Of a DNA stretch of 64,000 bases, positions 58,335-64,000 are shown piece by piece; within the stretch, counting starts at the first letter, position 1; every line of letters starts with the position of its first letter. This DNA is from Polyangiaceae bacterium (GTDB lineage Bacteria; Myxococcota_A; Polyangia; Polyangiales; Polyangiaceae): positions 113,109 to 177,108 of the forward strand of contig JBNKBE010000014.1 in assembly GCA_050287085.1 (NCBI GenBank), read 5' to 3'. The position numbers and the translations under genes were made by a program. Below the pieces are notes generated by a model. That model did not search any database, was not told where the DNA came from, and saw only the letters and a list, made by a program, of their open reading frames with translations.

Positions 58335-60047
58335 CTATCCTATGAGCTCCCGAAGCTGGCTGCCAACGACGTCCCATCGCTTCTCAACGTCGTTCTTGAA
58401 TGCGATCGTCATTAGGGCAAGCAGCGTCACGAAACCGATGAGATGTGCCCATTCACGTACCCGCAGAGGAACGGGTCGCCGCAAGACGGCCTCAACTGAA
58501 AAGAACATTAGGTGGCCCCCGTCCAGTACCGGAATGGGCAAGAGATTGAGAAGTCCCAGGTTGATGCTCATCAGGGCCATTACCCAAATGAAAGAGCCAG
58601 TTCCGCGACGCCCCTCCTCGCCCGCCACCTCGTAGATTGTGATCGGTCCGGAAAGTGAATCGAGGCTCACTCGCCCTTGCGCCGCGCGCACTAGCAAGAC
58701 AGCGATGAAACGGCTGACGTCCAGCGTCTCCTCAACGGCCTTTCTGAAGGCGTACCAGGATGGCTGCGGGTGAGACACTCGCTCACGCGCCGCAAGCGGG
58801 ATCCAGTTCTGCACCAGCAACTTGTAGCGGGCAAACGTGTGTCCGTTCTCGTCCGTAAACTCCTCACGGCGCATTCTGAACTTGCCAGAACGCAGACGAC
58901 CGTCTCGCTCCGACAGCCACTCTAGTACGTGGCCTTGATCGCGCTCGGCCCACACTCGCTCAGCAAATACTGACCACGCGGCAAGGGGCCTGCCGTCCAG
59001 GCGCACCAGCTTGTCCCCCGTTCGAAGCCCAGCACGAAACAGCGGCGACTGCTCGGGCAACTCTGAAACGTAGAGATCGGCGAGTTCGAGTCCGGTTCGT
59101 GCTGCAAGGTCCGGCCCGCTGGATCGCGGCGTCAGCGCTACGACGCCAGATTCATAGACCGCCATCGTGGCCAAGCCGCCCAGAGCATCGGGCACGACAA
59201 CCGGCCGCATGTAGGTTACCGGAACCGTTTCACCGTGGTTCTTTGCCAACTCCCGCTCGAGGTCCATGAAGCGGCGAACGGACTTCCCAGCGATGTGGGT
59301 AATGACGTCAAAGGTCCGTAACCCTGCACGCCGCGCAGGCGATTCAGCGTCGGAGATGCCAACGACAGCAGCCGGTGCGCTGGACTGAATGCCGACAGAA
59401 CCCGTTCGCTGAAACATGCCGAGTTCACGCCGCTGCAGAGCGGACAAACTAGGTTCGAAGGGATCTTCGCCGATCCGTTCGTCACTCGTAACTTCGACTT
59501 CGACGTGCTTGTTGTCGCGAAATACCTTAAAGAGCAATCGCGTCGTGGGATTGCGCGCGATGATCCGCTTCACTTCGTCGAACGTCGCGACATCCTCACC
59601 ATTGATCGCCATGATGCGATCACCCTCGCGAAGCAAACCGTACGCTGGGTGTCCCGGAAGAACACCTCCCACAGTAGGCGGCAAGAACTGATTCTCGCCT
59701 ACGAAGACGCTAAAATACAGCAGGATTGGGAACAGTAGGTTCATCATCGGCCCTGCCAGCACGACGATGATGCGCTTGTACAACGCCAGGCTCTCAAACG
59801 TGCGTTTGCGATCCTCAGGATAGACCAAGTCGCTGCGCGACGCCTCCAGCATGCGGACGTAGCCACCGAGCGGCAGCAGTCCGATGCAGTATTCCGTCTC
59901 GCGACCTCGAATCCTGAGCAGCTTGGGGCCAAATCCGAGACTGAACGTCAACACCTTCACGCCAAAGAGCTTGGCGAACATGAAGTGCCCGAGCTCGTGG
60001 ACGAAGATCAGCGAACTGATCAGGATGATGAAGTAAATCAGGTCCAT
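58335..60047 (-). CDS. rseP: RIP (site-2) metalloprotease RseP with three PDZ-like domains
   Basis: HELGH zinc motif, FSLGFGP, AGPMMN, NLLPIPVLDGG. Confidence 0.93.
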   Translation of the reverse strand: MDLIYFIILISSLIFVHELGHFMFAKLFGVKVLTFSLGFGPKLLRIRGRETEYCIGLLPLGGYVRMLEASRSDLVYPEDRKRTFESLALYKRIIVVLAGPMMNLLFPILLYFSVFVGENQFLPPTVGGVLPGHPAYGLLREGDRIMAINGEDVATFDEVKRIIARNPTTRLLFKVFRDNKHVEVEVTSDERIGEDPFEPSLSALQRRELGMFQRTGSVGIQSSAPAAVVGISDAESPARRAGLRTFDVITHIAGKSVRRFMDLERELAKNHGETVPVTYMRPVVVPDALGGLATMAVYESGVVALTPRSSGPDLAARTGLELADLYVSELPEQSPLFRAGLRTGDKLVRLDGRPLAAWSVFAERVWAERDQGHVLEWLSERDGRLRSGKFRMRREEFTDENGHTFARYKLLVQNWIPLAARERVSHPQPSWYAFRKAVEETLDVSRFIAVLLVRAAQGRVSLDSLSGPITIYEVAGEEGRRGTGSFIWVMALMSINLGLLNLLPIPVLDGGHLMFFSVEAVLRRPVPLRVREWAHLIGFVTLLALMTIAFKNDVEKRWDVVGSQLRELIG

Positions 60048-60152
60048 GAGCGGGCGACGCGACGCAGCGGATTCGATCCCCTAGCGCCGACGCTCCGACG
60101 CCAGGCAGCGGCGAGAAGGCAGGCCAAGGGATCCGCTCGCTCCTTCCTGTCT

Positions 60153-63100
60153 CTACGCCGCGGGCTCGTCAAGCGCGGAGCCGTGGCACTGACGAAAGCT
60201 CTTTCCGCTCCCACACGGGCACGGATCGTTGCCGCGAATGGCCGGCGCAGCGGCGGCGGCCGCCTTCTTCTTGCTGCTCTTCGCTTTGGGCTGAGGTTTT
60301 GCGGGTTCCCCGCTCGCTGGTTCGCCGACGTGCTTTGCCACCGCGGCCTCCAGCTCCGCCAAATGCCGACGAGCCGCCTCCGCCTCCAGGGCCTCGAGCT
60401 CCTCGTTATCGGGGATCTGAGTCTCAAATACCTTGGTGAGCACGTTCGAAGAAGTCTTGGCCACCATATTTAGGAAGAGATTGTATCCTTCCTTCTTATA
60501 TTCCTGCTTCGGATCACGCTGTCCGTAGCCGCGCAGGTGAATGCCATCGCGCAGATGCTCCATACTGCTGAGATGATCCACCCAAACCCGATCGATCTCT
60601 TCAAGATACTGGTGCCGGAAGAAGCGAAGCAGCTGCTCCTGGCCAAATGCGCGTTCCCGTGCGGCATAAAGCTCTTCACCACGACCGTACACCCGGCGCA
60701 CGACCTGAGTCGCCTCACCCAGGTCTGAAATGGCGTCGCCGGCGGCAGGCTTCTCTGGCTCGAGAGGGGCGGCGAAGTGATCCTTGAACCCTTTGGCGAG
60801 CCCCGCCCAATCCCAGTCCTCTGGGGGTCGCCCCTGGGGACAACATTCCTCCACCATGGCGCTCACTACTTTGTCGATCAAGTCGAGCAAGCGTTCTCGC
60901 TGCTCGGTCAAGCCACGACTCACCTGCTCCACGATTTCTTCGTAGCGCTGCGCAGGGGATACCTTGCGCCGTTCGTTGATATCGATGACTACGCCCCACA
61001 GGTGGTAGACCTCGTGCTGCAGAGACTCGAGGTCTACGATCCGCTCGACGCCTTCAAAGTCGGCACGAACGGGCACCTTGGGCTTGCCGCCTTCTGTTTG
61101 TGACTGCAGCTGCGGTTCCGAAAACATGCCCAGCAACTGCCCCACAAGCTGCGCCGTCTGAGCGCGCATCTCTTCCTCGATGGGAAGGGCACGCGACCGC
61201 CCCGTAGGCTTGCCCAGCTCATCAAGCTCCTCCGGCTCGTAGCGTCCCAGCAGCAACGACTGACGGAGCGCGTAGATGGTCTTGCGTTGCGCGTTCATCA
61301 CGTCGTCGAACTCGAGCAAATTCTTGCGAATGTCGAAGTTGCGCATTTCGACCTTGTGCTGCGCGTTCTCCACACTCTTGGTCACCCATGGATGTTCGAT
61401 GGGTTCGTCATCAGGCAACCCCATGCGGTCCATGAGATTCTTGACCCGATCGCCCTGGAAGATGCGCATCAGGTCATCTTCTAGCGATAGGAAGAAACGG
61501 GACGACCCAGGATCACCTTGTCGCCCGGCACGTCCGCGCAACTGGTTGTCGATACGCCGCGATTCGTGCCGCTCCGTGCCGACGATGTGCAGCCCACCGA
61601 GCTCAATGATCGCGTCGTGCGCCTCAGCACACTCCCCCTTGTGCTTGGCAACGGTGGCTGCGAAAGCCTCTGGTTCATCGTCGGGGCGACGCCCCTCCTG
61701 CCTGAACTCGTAGTCGGCAAGCATTTCGGGATTGCCGCCAAGGAGAATGTCCGTCCCACGCCCGGCCATATTGGTGGAAACGGTGATGGCGCCTCGTCGC
61801 CCCGCCTGCGCCACGACGTACGCTTCGTTCTCGTGGTGCTTGGCGTTGAGCACGTTGTGCGGCACACCCTTCTTCTTGAGAATGCTGGCAATGGCATTGC
61901 TCTTCTCGACGCTGGTCGTGCCCACGAGCACTGGACGCCCCTCTTCGTGCTTGTCCAGAATCTCGCGCAAAACCGCCGTGAATTTTTCTCGCTCCGTCTT
62001 GTAGACGGTGTCCTCATCATCCTGACGTGCGATGGGACGATTGGTTGGCATCGCAACGACGTCCAACTTGTACGTCGAGTGGAACTCCTGAGCCTCCGTC
62101 AGCGCGGTGCCCGTCATGCCCGCCAGCTTGTTGTAGATTCTAAAGAGATTCTGGAAGGTGATGCTCGCCATCGTGCGGCTCTCTTCCTGAATCCGCACGT
62201 TTTCCTTGGCCTCCACCGCTTGGTGCAGACCATCACTCCAGCGTCGCCCCGACAAGACGCGACCAGTAAACTCGTCGATGATCATCACCTTGCCTTGCGG
62301 TGAGACCATGTAGTGCACGTCGCGCTTGTACAGCGCGTGTGCCTTGAGCAGCTGATTGAGAATATGGAGCGTCTTGACGTGAACGGGGTCGTAAAGATTG
62401 CCGACGCCGATCAGTTCTTGCACCAGCTCGACCCCTTCGTCCGTGAGCGTCACGGAAAAAGCCTTCTCGTCGACGATGAAGTGCTCGTCCTTGCGTAGGC
62501 GCGGCATGATCTCGTTGATCGAGCGGTACATGTCGCTGGCCGCCTCAGCCGGGCCACTGATGATGAGAGGAGTTCGCGCCTCATCGATAAGGATCGAATC
62601 CACCTCGTCGACAATCGCGAAGTTGAGCGGTCGCTGCGCGTATTCGAGCGCCGAAAACTTCATGTTGTCGCGAAGATAGTCGAACCCGAACTCGTTGTTC
62701 TGCCCGTAGCAAATATCCGCCTTGTAGGCGGCACGCTTTTCCGCGTCGTCCTGCTGGTTGACGACGCAGCCAATGCTCAACCCAAGCCAATTATACAACC
62801 GCCCCATCCACTCAGCGTCGCGACGCGCGAGGTAGTCATTGACGGTGATCAGGTGTACGCCCTTGCCCTCGAGCGCGTTCAGGTAGATGGGCAGAGTCGC
62901 TACCAGTGTCTTGCCCTCGCCGGTCTTCATCTCAGCGATAGACCCCGAGTGGAGGACCATGCCGCCCATCAACTGGACGTCGTAGTGGCGCATGCCCAGC
63001 ACTCGCGAGCTGGCCTCGCGGCACGTTGCAAAGGCGTCGAAGAGGATATCGTCGAGAGAAGCACCGTTGTCGAGCTGCTGCTTGAATTCGACCGTCTTGG

Positions 63101-63233
63101 CCTTCAAGTCATCGTCGCTTAGCTTCTTGTACTTGTCTTCGAGACTGTTGATGCGGTTTACCCGCGCGTGAAGTTTCTTGATCGCGCGCTCGTTGGCGGT
63201 CCCGAAGAGCTTGCTCGCTACCCAAGTCAGCAT
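60153..63233 (-). CDS. secA: preprotein translocase subunit SecA with SEC-C zinc motif
   Basis: MKTGEGKT, VDEVDSILIDEARTPLIISG, TNMAGRGTDI, GRQGDPG, NDPCPCGSGKSFRQCHG. Confidence 0.98.
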   Translation of the reverse strand: MLTWVASKLFGTANERAIKKLHARVNRINSLEDKYKKLSDDDLKAKTVEFKQQLDNGASLDDILFDAFATCREASSRVLGMRHYDVQLMGGMVLHSGSIAEMKTGEGKTLVATLPIYLNALEGKGVHLITVNDYLARRDAEWMGRLYNWLGLSIGCVVNQQDDAEKRAAYKADICYGQNNEFGFDYLRDNMKFSALEYAQRPLNFAIVDEVDSILIDEARTPLIISGPAEAASDMYRSINEIMPRLRKDEHFIVDEKAFSVTLTDEGVELVQELIGVGNLYDPVHVKTLHILNQLLKAHALYKRDVHYMVSPQGKVMIIDEFTGRVLSGRRWSDGLHQAVEAKENVRIQEESRTMASITFQNLFRIYNKLAGMTGTALTEAQEFHSTYKLDVVAMPTNRPIARQDDEDTVYKTEREKFTAVLREILDKHEEGRPVLVGTTSVEKSNAIASILKKKGVPHNVLNAKHHENEAYVVAQAGRRGAITVSTNMAGRGTDILLGGNPEMLADYEFRQEGRRPDDEPEAFAATVAKHKGECAEAHDAIIELGGLHIVGTERHESRRIDNQLRGRAGRQGDPGSSRFFLSLEDDLMRIFQGDRVKNLMDRMGLPDDEPIEHPWVTKSVENAQHKVEMRNFDIRKNLLEFDDVMNAQRKTIYALRQSLLLGRYEPEELDELGKPTGRSRALPIEEEMRAQTAQLVGQLLGMFSEPQLQSQTEGGKPKVPVRADFEGVERIVDLESLQHEVYHLWGVVIDINERRKVSPAQRYEEIVEQVSRGLTEQRERLLDLIDKVVSAMVEECCPQGRPPEDWDWAGLAKGFKDHFAAPLEPEKPAAGDAISDLGEATQVVRRVYGRGEELYAARERAFGQEQLLRFFRHQYLEEIDRVWVDHLSSMEHLRDGIHLRGYGQRDPKQEYKKEGYNLFLNMVAKTSSNVLTKVFETQIPDNEELEALEAEAARRHLAELEAAVAKHVGEPASGEPAKPQPKAKSSKKKAAAAAAPAIRGNDPCPCGSGKSFRQCHGSALDEPAA

Positions 63234-63615
63234 GTCGTCTCGCTACCTATGAAGCCGGCGCCGGGTCGAACCCCGGCGGAAAAGTTCGAAATTGATGGGG
63301 AAAGGAGGCACTCACAGACCTTCGCGACGCGCCGAATCCCGAAATAGGCCGGGAAGCTAATCATTGTCGGCGCGCGTTGCCAGGAGGTTTTCGCCCGCAC
63401 TCCAGAACCGCCGCCGCGCACCACGCAACGACCCGGTCCGGGCCACGAGCTTAGAGCGCGAAACACACCCGGCCCAGGGTCAGAAGGGCAAATCCGGTTC
63501 GCTGAAAGTCACCCCCGGCCTCCTGGCCCACCGCTCCTGGCAGTTTGTAGCGGGACGCAAGTCCGACCCCATCCTGACGATGCCCGGCCCGACCAAAGTG
63601 CTCTATGGTCGAGCC

Positions 63616-63843
63616 GTGCTTCGCCTACTTCTCGAGATCTACCAATGGATCGTGCTCCTTGCAGTGCTCGGCAGCTGGCTTGGGCCGAATAGGGGGGTCG
63701 CGCAGCCTTTCTTCGAGCTGCTCGACCGTCTGACGGAGCCAGTGCTCAAACCGATTCGCAAACTGGTTCCCCCGGTCGGCGGACTCGATCTGTCCCCGAT
63801 GATACTACTGCTCGGGCTCCTGTTGCTGCGTCGCCTGGTCTAG
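63616..63843 (+). CDS. yggT: YggT-family membrane protein
   Basis: LTEPVLKPIRKLVPPVGGLDLSP signature; start moved to GTG 63616. Confidence 0.88.
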   Translation: MLRLLLEIYQWIVLLAVLGSWLGPNRGVAQPFFELLDRLTEPVLKPIRKLVPPVGGLDLSPMILLLGLLLLRRLV

Positions 63844-64000
63844 GGCGACCGTCACACCCCTGCCCGAGGAGCGGACTCCCGCAAGGACTGGATCGAGCCC
63901 GGAGCAGCTCGCTCCGCGTTATTCGAGGGTCAACAGCCGGGAGCGTCGATCCACAGGGCCGTCCAGAGGCGGGCACTGCATCGCGCCCGGCTTGCAGAGC

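Noticed and set aside
9532..62303. Numerous long antisense or alternate-frame ORFs over ppc, dnaK, argJ, pgk, secA and others
   Set aside because: They shadow well-supported genes and are the expected result of high-GC codon bias
63486..63561. c-di-GMP-I riboswitch-like words GGGCAAA...GAAA...GGGACGCAA upstream of yggT
   Set aside because: Spacing between the motifs is far too long and the intervening stem does not pair; yggT also appears to have its own leaderless promoter

Overview
High-GC bacterial chromosomal window. Gene content and style (TPR/winged-helix proteins, PP2C-cNMP phosphatase, FGE-sulfatase domain, glycine-rich membrane proteins, Cys-containing outer-membrane barrels) point to Myxococcota, probably Polyangiales; this is inference, not a database result. 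About 51 CDS, mostly housekeeping (purA, ppc, hisG, murA, xseB, radC, dnaK, argJ, aspartate kinase, pgk, dapB, rsmB, rseP, secA, yggT). I see no rRNA, tRNA, CRISPR array, integrase or transposase. Most interesting items: (1) a tightly coupled six-gene operon at 4177-8703 (TPR/wHTH protein, orphan ParA ATPase, two roadblock/LC7-like proteins, tandem V4R-domain protein, small ORF), a candidate undescribed positioning or signalling module; (2) a candidate ~90-nt sRNA at 54668-54756 with its own promoter, an exposed anti-Shine-Dalgarno CUCCUCCU seed and a strong intrinsic terminator; (3) a strongly eukaryote-like PGK next to a eukaryote-type GT3 glycogen synthase; (4) an exported lipoprotein / Tat-DUF1501 / cytochrome c operon with an atypical CX6CH motif; (5) a recurring TAnnnT-6-8 nt-start codon pattern suggesting many leaderless mRNAs. 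Family assignments come from motif recognition by eye. Several starts were moved downstream of the ORF-track starts.
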